64,000 nucleotides of DNA from positions 508 through 64,507 of the IMG/VR virus record IMGVR_UViG_3300019889_000013. One strand, given 5' to 3'. The translations under genes were made by a program, and so were the position numbers. Source of the stretch: a virus (lineage: Duplodnaviria; Caudoviricetes). The notes under the pieces are model-generated. The model saw only the letters and a list, made by a program, of their open reading frames with translations, had not been told where the DNA came from and ran no database searches. Below are positions 47,019 to 57,800 of the stretch, in pieces; within the stretch, counting starts at the first letter, position 1; the number at the start of each line of letters is the position of its first letter.

Positions 47019-47887
47019 CCAAGGTTTTCAGCAGTTTAGGCACAGGCGTCGCCAAGCTGGGGTCGGCGGTGCGCGCAGCCGGGGCCACCCTGTTCACGGC
47101 AGGGGCGGCGACCGGAACCGGCTTGGCTGGCGCGGCCAAGGGCGGCGGCGCTCTCAGCAGTCTCTTGGGCGGCGGAGGTGTGCTCGGCAATGTTTTGGGC
47201 GGGGCGATCAAGCAGGGGCTGAGTTCCGGGCTGCTCGGCGGCATTGTCGGCACTGTCACCGGACAGGGGTTTGCGGCGGGCGCGAAGCAGGGCGCGCTTG
47301 TCGGTGGGCTTGGCGGGGCGCTTGGCGGCCTGTTTTCCCCGGCGGCAGTCGCAGGTGAACCCGGCGTCGACCCGACAGTGACCGGCTCGACCTCACCGCT
47401 TGTCACGGCGGAATCGCCGACAGGCGCGGTTCCAACCACCGGCGGCGTCGGACGATTCGGCGGCGGCACGACCGGGTCGACAGGCAAGGGTTTCGGCGGT
47501 GCTGTTTCCAGTCTCTACGGTGGCGGCCCCGGCGGCGCGACCACCGTTCCGACCGTTGCGGTGACCGGCACGACAGCCGCAGCGACGGAAGGCGGCGGCT
47601 GGAAAGGGTTAGGAAATTTCCTCAACACCAATGCCGGGGCTTCGATGATCAGCGGTATCGGCGAGGCGCTCGGGACGGAGCGGCAGGCGGAACTTATCGC
47701 GGAAATGAAAGAGGCCGACCGAAAGTTCCTGCGCGACAAGGAACAGCGGCTCACCGACAGCTACGCGGGCGCTGGCGAAGCGGTGGCAGGTTCCACACCA
47801 TCGGCCCCGGATACGACGGCGCGGCCGACACCCGCTGCCAAGTGGGCCTACAACCCGAACACCGGGATGATCGACATGACGGCGTGA
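46994..47887 (+). CDS. Gly-rich DNA-transfer/ejection protein
   Basis: Gly-zipper hydrophobic N-terminus. Confidence 0.65.
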   Translation: MSGLVSGITKVFSSLGTGVAKLGSAVRAAGATLFTAGAATGTGLAGAAKGGGALSSLLGGGGVLGNVLGGAIKQGLSSGLLGGIVGTVTGQGFAAGAKQGALVGGLGGALGGLFSPAAVAGEPGVDPTVTGSTSPLVTAESPTGAVPTTGGVGRFGGGTTGSTGKGFGGAVSSLYGGGPGGATTVPTVAVTGTTAAATEGGGWKGLGNFLNTNAGASMISGIGEALGTERQAELIAEMKEADRKFLRDKEQRLTDSYAGAGEAVAGSTPSAPDTTARPTPAAKWAYNPNTGMIDMTA

Positions 47888-47897
47888 AGGAAAGACC

Positions 47898-49946
47898 ATG
47901 CCTTTTGGCTTCGGCGGTACGAGCAGCAGCAAGAGCAGCAGTAGCAGCAGCCCCGGCTTCGGCGCGGGCAGCATGGCGAGCGCGCGTTCGGCTGACCGGA
48001 GTTCAGTTGCTGGCTATTCAGGCGGCAACGCCTCTTCCTCCAAAAGCAGCACATCCTCTTCCAAGGGCAGCACTGCCACCGCTGCGGGCAGGGGCAGCAA
48101 TGCCGCGTCGAGCAGCAGCAGCAAGAGCGGCAGCACGGCCACCGGCAGCAAGAGCAGCAATTCCGGCGGCGGCGATGTCGGCCGCTTCGGCGGCGGGTCG
48201 ACCGGCACGACCGGAAAAGGCTTTGGCGGCGCGGTCGGCAGTTCTGTCAGCAACTCTATCGGCGGCTCGATGGCGGCGGCGCGATCCGCAGACCGGGCTT
48301 CCGTGGCGGGTTATGCCGGTCGTTCGGCAAGCCCGACCGGCGACACCGGCACCACCACCCGTTCGACACAGACGACTTCGCGGCTGGGCAGTGCAGGCTC
48401 GATGGCAGCAGCGCGTGCGGCTGATCGTGCTTCCGTCACCGGCTATGCGGGGCCGCGTGGCCCCTCCAGCATAGCGGACGCGCGGGCACTCGACCGGGCC
48501 TCTGTTCCCGGCTACAGCGCCACCTCTCCGGGCACGGAGACAACCGGCAGCGTCACGCGCGGGCTGGGAACGGGACTGACCGCGCCGACAGCAGATCGGT
48601 TTGGAGCGCTTCCCTCGCCGACAGCAGATCGGTTTGGAGCCCCCACCGCCACCGGGCTTTCGGCGACGGAACCCGGCGTGGCAGTCGGACCAGCCACCCC
48701 GACAGGCGTTGCGCTCGGCCAGATCACCGCCGCGCCGGTTGGCAGCCTTCCCGATCTGGCGACGGCTCCCAAGGCATTCGTCAGTTGGCCTGCGGGCAAG
48801 GCCAAGCCAACCACCGACGTTCAAGATCGCATTGCCGCAGCATGGGCCGATGTGCTCGGCGCGGAAAATGTCCACATCACCGGCGTCTCCGGTTTGCGCA
48901 AGGGGGCGGGCTCGCGTTCGCATCGGCATGGGCCGGATGTCGGCACGGCGATGGACTATGGGGTTTCGGTCAAAGACCCCAAGACTGGAGCATTCCGTTC
49001 GCTGGATTTTGGCAAGGTCGCCGACAAGGCTCTCGCCGCCAGAGTTTCGGAAGTAGGCATGGCCAAGTTCGGTCTTCAAGGTGCCGGGTTTGGTCTGGGT
49101 TACATGGGCGACAAGTCCATCCATCACGACGTCTTCACCGATCTTTCCCCGCAGCAGACGAAACAATGGGCGGGAGCCAAGGTGAACGCCGCTGCGTTCA
49201 ACGCCGCGCGTGCCACCTATGCCGAAGCGAGCAAGTCACCAGCACCAAAGGCATCGCCGCAACCCGTGTCCTCAATGATCGCATCGGCCGCCGAGATGAC
49301 GCCGCAGATGGCGGCGCTGAACAAGGCGTCCGGCGTGACGTCGCCGACACAAACGGCGTCGGTTAGCCGGGTAACATCCCAGCCAGCGTCAGCGGCATCG
49401 GCAACGGCCCCGGCGCGGACAGCGGCACAGCCAGCGAGCGTGGCCACACCAGCCGCGCGGCCAGCGACGACGCCGACCGGCCAATTGGCGATGCAGACGC
49501 CGACCAAGGAACAACCATACAAGCGCTCGCTGACCGGCGAAGTCGCCGCCACCGGCATCGATCTGGTGTCGATGAGCAATCCGGTCGGTCTGGCCGCCAA
49601 CGTTCTCTCCGGGCTGTTCCTTGGCACCACGGTGGGCGGTGCCGCATGGGACGCCGCGCACGGGCGCTGGGGTGAAAACCAGTACAGTCCCGGCAGCGAA
49701 AATCAGCGGGAGGGCGGCGGAGCCAACACGGCGCAAGCGCAAGCCGCCAAGGAAGCCGCGTCGGACTCGACAACGCCGTCGACCCCGGCCGAAGAGTTCA
49801 TCACGAAATATATCGAGTTCAAAGACCCGACGTGGCAGTCACCGGCCATCCGGTTTACGAGCAGCGTCGAGCCAATGGTGCTGACGCCGCCGAAATACAA
49901 CTTCGAGCCGCCGACAGCGCCGCCGCTTTCGTATAGGAGAGTCTGA
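47898..49946 (+). CDS. internal virion protein with M15-like peptidoglycan peptidase domain
   Basis: SGLR....S.H.HG....AMD...G.G.GYM....IHHD; Ser/Gly-rich repeats at the N-terminus. Confidence 0.65.
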   Translation: MPFGFGGTSSSKSSSSSSPGFGAGSMASARSADRSSVAGYSGGNASSSKSSTSSSKGSTATAAGRGSNAASSSSSKSGSTATGSKSSNSGGGDVGRFGGGSTGTTGKGFGGAVGSSVSNSIGGSMAAARSADRASVAGYAGRSASPTGDTGTTTRSTQTTSRLGSAGSMAAARAADRASVTGYAGPRGPSSIADARALDRASVPGYSATSPGTETTGSVTRGLGTGLTAPTADRFGALPSPTADRFGAPTATGLSATEPGVAVGPATPTGVALGQITAAPVGSLPDLATAPKAFVSWPAGKAKPTTDVQDRIAAAWADVLGAENVHITGVSGLRKGAGSRSHRHGPDVGTAMDYGVSVKDPKTGAFRSLDFGKVADKALAARVSEVGMAKFGLQGAGFGLGYMGDKSIHHDVFTDLSPQQTKQWAGAKVNAAAFNAARATYAEASKSPAPKASPQPVSSMIASAAEMTPQMAALNKASGVTSPTQTASVSRVTSQPASAASATAPARTAAQPASVATPAARPATTPTGQLAMQTPTKEQPYKRSLTGEVAATGIDLVSMSNPVGLAANVLSGLFLGTTVGGAAWDAAHGRWGENQYSPGSENQREGGGANTAQAQAAKEAASDSTTPSTPAEEFITKYIEFKDPTWQSPAIRFTSSVEPMVLTPPKYNFEPPTAPPLSYRRV

Positions 49947-50881
49947 TGCCCCTTGATCCCAACATGCCTCCAGACGAGATGCCGCCGACCGACGAGATGC
50001 CGCCAGAGGTGCCACCCGAACAGGGCGGCGCGCAACTGCCAGCCGACAACATGAACGCGCCGATGGCCGAAGGCCTGCAAGATGCGACGCCGGAAGAGCA
50101 GGAGATGGCCGACCAGTTCGTCGGGCGGGCTTGGCAACTGATTTATGATGACCGGACATTCCCGCACATTGTCGAAATGCTGCGCGGTGGCGAAGGCCCC
50201 GCTACGCCTGAAGCTGCCCCACCGGAAGGCGGGCCTGCTCCCGGTGCGCCTCCACCTGAAGCAGGAGGCGTCCCACCCGGCGCTCCTCCGCCTGCACCGG
50301 GTGCTCCTCCACCGGGTGCGCCACCGCCTGAAGGCATGCCGCCTGAAGGTATGCCACCTGAAGCGGGCGGGGCTCCACCTGAAGTTCCACCTGAAGTGCC
50401 TCCACCAGAGGGTGCGCCAGAAGGTGCTGCGCCAGAGGGTGCTCCCGGCGATCCTGTCTCGGGTCTTGCCAGCGCGACCGACATGGTGGTGGCGAAAGTG
50501 GGCGAGGCCGCAGAACAGGCGGGGCAGGAACTCCAGCCCGATGTCGTGTTCCATGCCGCCGGTGATATCTTCGAGGAACTGGCGGAGATTTCCCGACGCG
50601 CCAAGATCAAGGATTATGCGAAAGACCCGGATGCGCTGGAATCGGCATGGTTCCAAGCGCTAGACCTCTATCGCGAGCGGCTGCAAGCGGCCGGTGCCAT
50701 CGATCAGGGGCATGCGCAGGCCGACCTCGACAAGCTGGTCAAGGCAGATGCGGACGGCACATTCGAGCGGATCATGCGCTCGCTGGCCGATAGTGATAAT
50801 TCTGGTCCAGCCGGTGGCCCGGAACCGCCACCGCAAAAAGAGAAAAAGCCGAAAGGCTTCAACGCGGCTATGGGGATTTGA
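49946..50881 (+). CDS. Pro-rich virion-region protein
   Basis: PPE repeat insert inside a helical domain. Confidence 0.7.
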   Translation: MPLDPNMPPDEMPPTDEMPPEVPPEQGGAQLPADNMNAPMAEGLQDATPEEQEMADQFVGRAWQLIYDDRTFPHIVEMLRGGEGPATPEAAPPEGGPAPGAPPPEAGGVPPGAPPPAPGAPPPGAPPPEGMPPEGMPPEAGGAPPEVPPEVPPPEGAPEGAAPEGAPGDPVSGLASATDMVVAKVGEAAEQAGQELQPDVVFHAAGDIFEELAEISRRAKIKDYAKDPDALESAWFQALDLYRERLQAAGAIDQGHAQADLDKLVKADADGTFERIMRSLADSDNSGPAGGPEPPPQKEKKPKGFNAAMGI

Positions 50882-50882
50882 G

Positions 50883-51839
50883 ATGGTTGGATTTCTTGGA
50901 GCGATTGCTGGTGGAGCAATGAAGGGATGGGGCGCTGGCACGCTTCAGGAGATCAAGGACAAGCGCGAGGAAAAGCTCAAGCTCCTCGATCAGGCATACC
51001 AGTCGAGCGAGAACGAACTCACCCGGCAGGTGCAGCGTGACGATCTTGCCTCCCGCGAGAAGATGAACGCCGCGCAACTCGCCAGCCAAGAGAAGCTGAC
51101 GGGCGCACAGCTTGGCGTGCAGGAGCGGCTTGGCCAACTGTCGGCCGAAACCTCGAAGAGCAATGCCCAGCTTGCGGCCACGGTCAATCGCGAGGAACTC
51201 GGGGTCAGGCGGGAACTCACCCAAGCGCAGCTTGAGAACAGCAAGGAACTGGCGACACTGGCGGCCGATTCGGCGCAGCAACTCAACATCAAGCCGGTCC
51301 AGTACACCACCAAGGCTGGCAAGTCGCTCATCCGCATGGAGCGGCCGGACGGGACGGCGCTGCCGCAGCCGAAGGACGAGCAAGGCAATGAACTCACCTA
51401 CCTGTCCACCGATACCGACACGCCGGACATCAAGAACATGAAGTCGCTGATGGCGCTCGGCGTGCCGCAGGAGAAGGCGATCAGCACGATCTTCGAGGCC
51501 AAGAACGCCAACCGCGAACTGGCGGAAGCAGGCATCTTCAAGTCGATCACCGATGGCATGAGCACCATGAAGAATCTCGGCGAGAGCGATATCGATTTCG
51601 CCAAGAAGAAGGCACGCGAAGTGACCGAAGGCATCTATGGTGCGGAGGGAACCCCGGCGCCAACAGGAACAAAGCCGGACGTCTCGTCGGCAACCGAAAA
51701 ACAACCCACGCTGACGCCTGCCGAGAAACAGGCGACCATCGCCAAGGCCCGAGAACTGGTCGCGTCGGGAAAGAGCAAGGCGGATATCCGCAAGAAGCTG
51801 GTCGATCTCGGCCTCAATCCGTCAGAAGCGGGGCTATGA
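50883..51839 (+). CDS. internal virion (ejection) protein
   Basis: GFLGAIAGGA..GWG N-terminus, coiled coil. Confidence 0.7.
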   Translation: MVGFLGAIAGGAMKGWGAGTLQEIKDKREEKLKLLDQAYQSSENELTRQVQRDDLASREKMNAAQLASQEKLTGAQLGVQERLGQLSAETSKSNAQLAATVNREELGVRRELTQAQLENSKELATLAADSAQQLNIKPVQYTTKAGKSLIRMERPDGTALPQPKDEQGNELTYLSTDTDTPDIKNMKSLMALGVPQEKAISTIFEAKNANRELAEAGIFKSITDGMSTMKNLGESDIDFAKKKAREVTEGIYGAEGTPAPTGTKPDVSSATEKQPTLTPAEKQATIAKARELVASGKSKADIRKKLVDLGLNPSEAGL

Positions 51840-51842
51840 CCA

Positions 51843-54800
51843 ATGGTCGATATCGATGCCTTGTTCGCGGATGTTCCCACCGAAGCCGAACGGGTGGCAA
51901 TGGACAAGGCCAGCCTGCTCTTCGCGGACATTCCTGACGAGAAGCCAGCGGACGAGACGGGCTGGGTCGAGGGGGCTGTAACCGGAACGCTCAACACCGG
52001 GGCGCGTGCCGGGGCGCGGCTCCAGCAGGGCGGTTCCCAGTTGATGCTGGAACAGACGGCCGGTCGCGCCGCTGACCGCAAGCGGAGCTTCAGCGAGATT
52101 CTGGAAGACGAGCAGTTGTCGAGCGGCCTGACCGACATGCAGGGCAAGCCGATGAAAACCAACACCGGCGGCGAATATGTCTCGGCAGCGGCCCGCTGGA
52201 TTGATGCCAAGTATGCCGACATGATCGGCACGGACGACGAGGCGGCGGCACAGTCCTATGCCGAAAGCATGCAAAAACACATGGACGAAGTCGCGTCGAT
52301 ACCGAAGTCGCAGATCGCGCAGGCGTTCGAAAAGAAGGCGATGGTCAAGGACGCAACGCTGGGCCAGACGCTGGCCAACTTCGGCAGCGCGATTCTCGAC
52401 AATCCGGTCGGCGGCTTCTCATGGATGCTGGAGACGGCAGGAGAAAGCGCGCCGCAGATCGGCGCGGCGGTCATTGGCGGTGCGCTCACCAAAAACCCGG
52501 CGGTCGGCATCGGCCTGATGGGCGGCGGCAGCTATGCGACGGAACGCTACACGTCGCCCGGTGAGTTCTTTCAGGAGAAGGGGTTGGACCTCAAGAAGCC
52601 GGAAGACCGGGAAAAACTGCTCAATGATCCGAAGATGATGGCGGAAGCGGCAGATCGCGGCATGATCCGTGGCCTGATCATCGGTGGCTTCGACGCTCTC
52701 TCCGGTGGCATCGCAGGCAAGGCGCTGATCAAGAATCCGTTCGCCGAAGCGCTGGCGCAAACCATGACGCAGGGCCTGCTCGGCGCAGGCGGCGAATATG
52801 GCGCGCGCAAGGCGGCCGGTCAGAAGATCGACTGGGGCGAAGTCGTCGCCGAAGGCTTTGCCGAATTGGTCACCACGCCATTCGATATGGTCGCCGCCGC
52901 AAGGGGCGAACGTCCCGGCACCGCCGACGAGGCGCTCCCGGCCGGGGATGTCCTGCCAGCGGAGCCGCCGGTCGTGCCTCCCGGAGCAGCACCCGCAGCA
53001 CCGCCGGAAGCAGCACCGGCAGCACCGGCCGTGCTGGAAGCGGCAGGCTTGCCGAAGACACCCGAGAATATTGCGGTCGCCGAAAGCGTGCCGGAACAGG
53101 TCGCGCGCCAGACCGAATTGCCCGACAGCCCACGGCTGACACCGGCCGACCGCGCCTCGCCCATCCCCAACGAGATCATCGACGCAGGCAGGGCAACGGT
53201 CGAGGCGGCAACCGGGCAGGAATCAAGCTTCACCACGACGAAGGTGGTCGACGGCCACCGGCAGGTGGTCAACGCCAAGGTGTCCGATTTGGTCGCCGCC
53301 AACCGGGTCGAGACGCAGGCGGTGGTATCGGAGATCATGCAGGGGGTTGATACCCCGGAAATCCTTGCACAGCCCCAGCCAGCCGCCGCGCCTGCAAGCA
53401 CGGGCGAGATGCCGGGTACACTCGGGCCTGTTGAGGCTTCCGCCTCTGTAGCGCCTTCTATGGCCGAAACCGCGCCGGTCGCCCCGACCATAGAACGCGC
53501 CAACCAGCCGCCGCCTGCCGAAGGCTCGCCGCTCGCCGAACAGATCAAGAAGTTCAAGGCGCGCTCGGCCGCCCGCGATGTCGAGGTATCGGACCTCACC
53601 GCAAGCGGCAAGTCGATCAAGCTGGTGTCGAACCGAGATCCGACCCGCAAGGCGATGGTCGGGCCTGACATGAGCGAGCCGGGGAAATTCCGCGTCACCT
53701 ATATCGATGAGCAGGGGCCATCCGGGCACACGGTCTACGACACGATGGAGGAAGCCGCGCGCAGTGTCGTCGGCTCCTATCATCCCGTTGGCAATATCGC
53801 CAAGCAGGTGGTCAAGAAGGATGTGGCCATCACCCCGGCCGGACGCGAGGTGCCGGTGGTCTATGCCGTTGTCGAGGCCGACGATCTGGTTTCCTCGCAG
53901 CGCGACGAGGGCGGGGCCAACCCGGCCTATCCGCAGGAATTGCAGCCGCGCGACCGCAGCCGTGGCACGTCGGACGTGCAGATCAACCAGATTGCGCAGA
54001 ACCTCAACCCGGCACTTCTCGACAACGTTGCCAGCGCCACCGATGGCGCTCCCATCGTTTCCGCCGATGGCGTGGTCGAGAGCGGCAATGGCCGCGTGCT
54101 CGGCATCCGCAAGGCCTACAAGGAGAACCTGCCCGGAGGACAGACCTACCGGCAGTATCTGGTCGACCAAGGTTATATCGACACCGTCGCGGCCAAGGAG
54201 ATGAAGAACCCTGTGCTGGTGCGCATCCGGCAGGGGCAAATGGAGCCCGGTGAGCGGACGGCATTTACCCGCGAGGCCAACGAACGCACGACGATGACAT
54301 TGTCGGCGACGGAAAAGGCGATGGCCGATGCGGAGGCGCTGTCGCCGGATACGGTCGGGCTCTACAGGGGCGGCGAGGTTGCGGAGGCAGGCAACCGTGA
54401 CTTCGTCCGCTCCTTCATGCAGTCGGTGGTCAGTCCCAACGAACAGGGCGCGATGGTCACCCCGGACGGGGAACTGTCGCAGGAGGCCATCCGCCGGGTA
54501 CAGGCGGCGCTCCTCGCCCGTGCCTATGGTGACGCCGATCTCGTCGGGGCTCTGGTCGAATCGACCGACAACAACATCAAGGCCATCGGCGGCGCGATGA
54601 TGGATGTCGCAGGCGCGTGGTCGCAGATGCGTTCCGAATCCAAGGAAGGCACGATCAGCCCAGACGTCGATGTCACCCCCTTCCTACTCGAAGCCATCCG
54701 GCTGGTGCAGCGGGCGCGCAACGAGGGCAAGCCGCTGTCGGCGCTGGTGTCGCAGACCGACATTTTCTCCGGGACGACCATCGTGCCGGAAGCCGAGATG

Positions 54801-57800
54801 CTGCTGCGGCTGATGTTCCGAAACAACGTCAGTTGGACACAACCGGCCGGACGTGAGAAGCTGGCGGAAGCACTACGATATTATGTGACGGAAGCCCGCA
54901 AGACCGCACCCGGCATCGACCTGCTTGGCGAGACTGCACCACCGGCGAACAAGATTCTCGAACAGGCGAAGAAGCGGCAATATGGAACAGAAGAAACCCA
55001 AGAAAAGCTCACCCTTGGTGGTGGAACTGCTGGCAAGAACGATGGAGCACCAGCAGGAGGACGAGCCGTCGAAGCTCAACCGCGACCGAAACCTGAAAAT
55101 CGCCCAGCAGTTCCGGGAAAAACACGGGAAGAAGCCAAACTCAGCGTCCCAGAAGCCGGAACAAGAGTAACGCTTCCCGGCGGCCAGACCGCCACCATCG
55201 AGCATCCCGACGAGGAAACATTCCGCATTACTGTCGACGGCAAGCGCGTCGGCGAGATGCACCTCACCCTGAAGCGCGCCGCGCCCTATGCCACCAGCGT
55301 TTCGGTGATCGGAGAGCGGCGGCTGGGTGTGGCGACGGCGCTGTACGATGCGGCTGAAAAGGTACTCGGGCGGCGGCTGATTCCAAGTCCGCTTGGCCTG
55401 TCGCCGGAAGCGATCGCATTCTGGAAGAACCGGCTAGGTAAGATGGAGCCGGGAGAAAAGCAGGCGCTCCTCGCCGAAGCTCTGAAGATCGGACAGGACG
55501 CAGGCGTCGGCAGAACGGCGCGTGACCGGGTCGATTCTCTGGGCTACCGCGAAGAAGCCAAGTTCAAGAAGTCCAGTCTTCCCGGCCCGCTGGGTGCGGC
55601 TGTCGACCGGATGAACAAGCTGCGCCTTGAGAAGCGGCTCAATTCACCGGAGATCGCGGAGGCCATCAAGGCGATGGCGGATATCCCGGTAACCTTCGAT
55701 CCCAAGGGACCGCCGGTTGCCCAAGGCTTTTGGGACAGCAGGGCGCGAACATACAATTTCGCAGAAAAGGGCGAGCGGCCTCACCGTGTTCCAAGCAATG
55801 ACGCAGCAGTCGAGGTTCTGGTCGAGCGCGCCCGCTCTCTGGCGGTTGACGAACTCAATGGTGACCGAAAGAAGGCAGGCCAGCCGCCGCTAGAACCGTA
55901 CATCCCGTCGCGGGATCGCAAGGCAACCATCATCATCGGGCCACCGGCGGCAGGCAAGTCGACCATCGCCAATGCCATCGCGCTGCGCATGCGGGCGGCC
56001 ATCGCCGACGTCGATGATGCCAAGAAAGTCATCCCGGAATATGGCGGTGGCATCGGCGCGAATGCGGTCCACGAAGAAAGCTCGGTCTTGGGGGAGGAAG
56101 TGCTGGAGCGCCTGATGAACGCTGGCGACAATATCATCATCCCCAAGGTCGGCCACAAGCTCGCCAGCATCGAGAAGCTGCGCGAGAACTTGAAGCTATT
56201 TAACTATGACGTCGAACTCGTCCTGATGGACGTGGACCCCCGCACTGCCGTTGGCCGCATGCTCGGCCGGTTCAAGAGTAGCGGGCGGCTGATCAACCCA
56301 ACGTATTTCTTGGACGTCGTCGGCGAACCGCCGGTCACCTACGATCAGGCAAAGAAGGAAGGAAAATTCGATGGCTACTCAAGAGTCAAATCGGAAAACA
56401 ACGTTCCTACAAGAGTACACGAAGCTATTGGAAAAGCGGCGAGCGTGGCTCGGGGAGAAATCTTTGAGCGAAGCGGAGAGATTGGAACGGGGCGACCTTC
56501 TGAGGGAAGAGGCGATGAGCGTGGTGGCAAAACAGTACGAGAAAGACCACAAGAAGCAAAGCTGAAGACAGCCGAACCGGCCCCCCAGCGAGGCAAGAAT
56601 GTCGACGTCCAAGGCGGCGTCATCCACTACGCGACGTCACCCGGCTTTGAGGAAAAGGCCGATGCGGTTCTCGCAGATCTGCGCAAGGCGCTCGACAAGC
56701 TCGGCCTGACCGGCGTCGACCTTGGGGTGTGGCAGCAAATCTTCGCCGATCTGGAGTCCGGCCCGGTCGGCCCGGACGGTGTCTATCTCAGGAACGTGAT
56801 CGACATCTCCCTGCAATCCGCCGACCCGGACATGGTGCTGCACCATGAGGCGGTGCATGCGATGGTCGGTCTTGGCCTCCTCACCGATTCGGAGATGAAC
56901 ATCCTCAATCGCAAGTCGAAGAAGGAATGGATCACCGACGCGATCAAGGAGCGCTACCCGGAATCACAATGGGTCGAGGAGGGCATCGCCCACGCCTACA
57001 CCGACTGGATCAACGGCACGCGCATGGACGGCATGATTGCCCGCTCCTTCAAGAAGATAAAGACCTTCTTGAAAGCGCTGTACCAGACGCTGACCAACCA
57101 CGACATCCGCACGGCCGACGACGTCTTCCGGCAGATGACATCCGGCGAAGTCGGCAAGCGTTCGGCCGGTGCCGACACCCGCAAAGAGCCATCGTTTGCC
57201 GTGACCGAAACCGTCGACATGTTCGAGGGCAAGCGCGAACAGTATGTCCTTCCCGGCGCGGAGAAACTCACCGACGCGCAGATGGCGCAGCGCAAGGCCG
57301 AAGAGAGGATGACGGCGAAAACGGCGCAGAAGTCGGTCGAGGCGCTGCCGCTTTTTGGCGACCAGAAAGACCAGTTGGCGCTGTTCTCGAAGCCGCCATC
57401 CGGCCCGAATGATCCGCGCTTCAATCTCAATGTGCCGCCGCACACCACGACGCAGGCGGCGGCGGTAACGCAAGGGTTCCTCAATCGCGGCCAGTTTGTC
57501 GACCGTGCTATCCGGGTGCCGTTCCAGTTGTTCGGCGGGCTCGACAGCCAGAACCGCTGGCGGGCCACCAAGCGGCTGACCGACATGATGGGACCGCAAA
57601 GAATACAGGCAGGAAGTCTCAGCGCCGTCATTGGCGGTGCGGTTGGCGGGGCGATAGCCGGTCCCATTGGCGGCGTGGCTGGCTTTTTCGCAGCAGGGAC
57701 GGCGGGCGCGTACATCCTTGGTTCGGCACCGGCACCGGCGAACGGCAAGTTCGGCTGGTTCAAGAGTATCGCGGAGAACGGCAAGCGCGGCCTGATCGAC

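Noticed and set aside
50190-50450. Atypical-codon Pro-rich stretch as an overprinted gene
   Set aside because: Explained by low-complexity PPE repeat expansion; the alternative frames are also repetitive and lack an RBS.
55798-55893. Further +1-frame ATG ORF upstream of the zeta domain
   Set aside because: Only about 31 codons, no RBS, and a composition typical of a non-coding frame.
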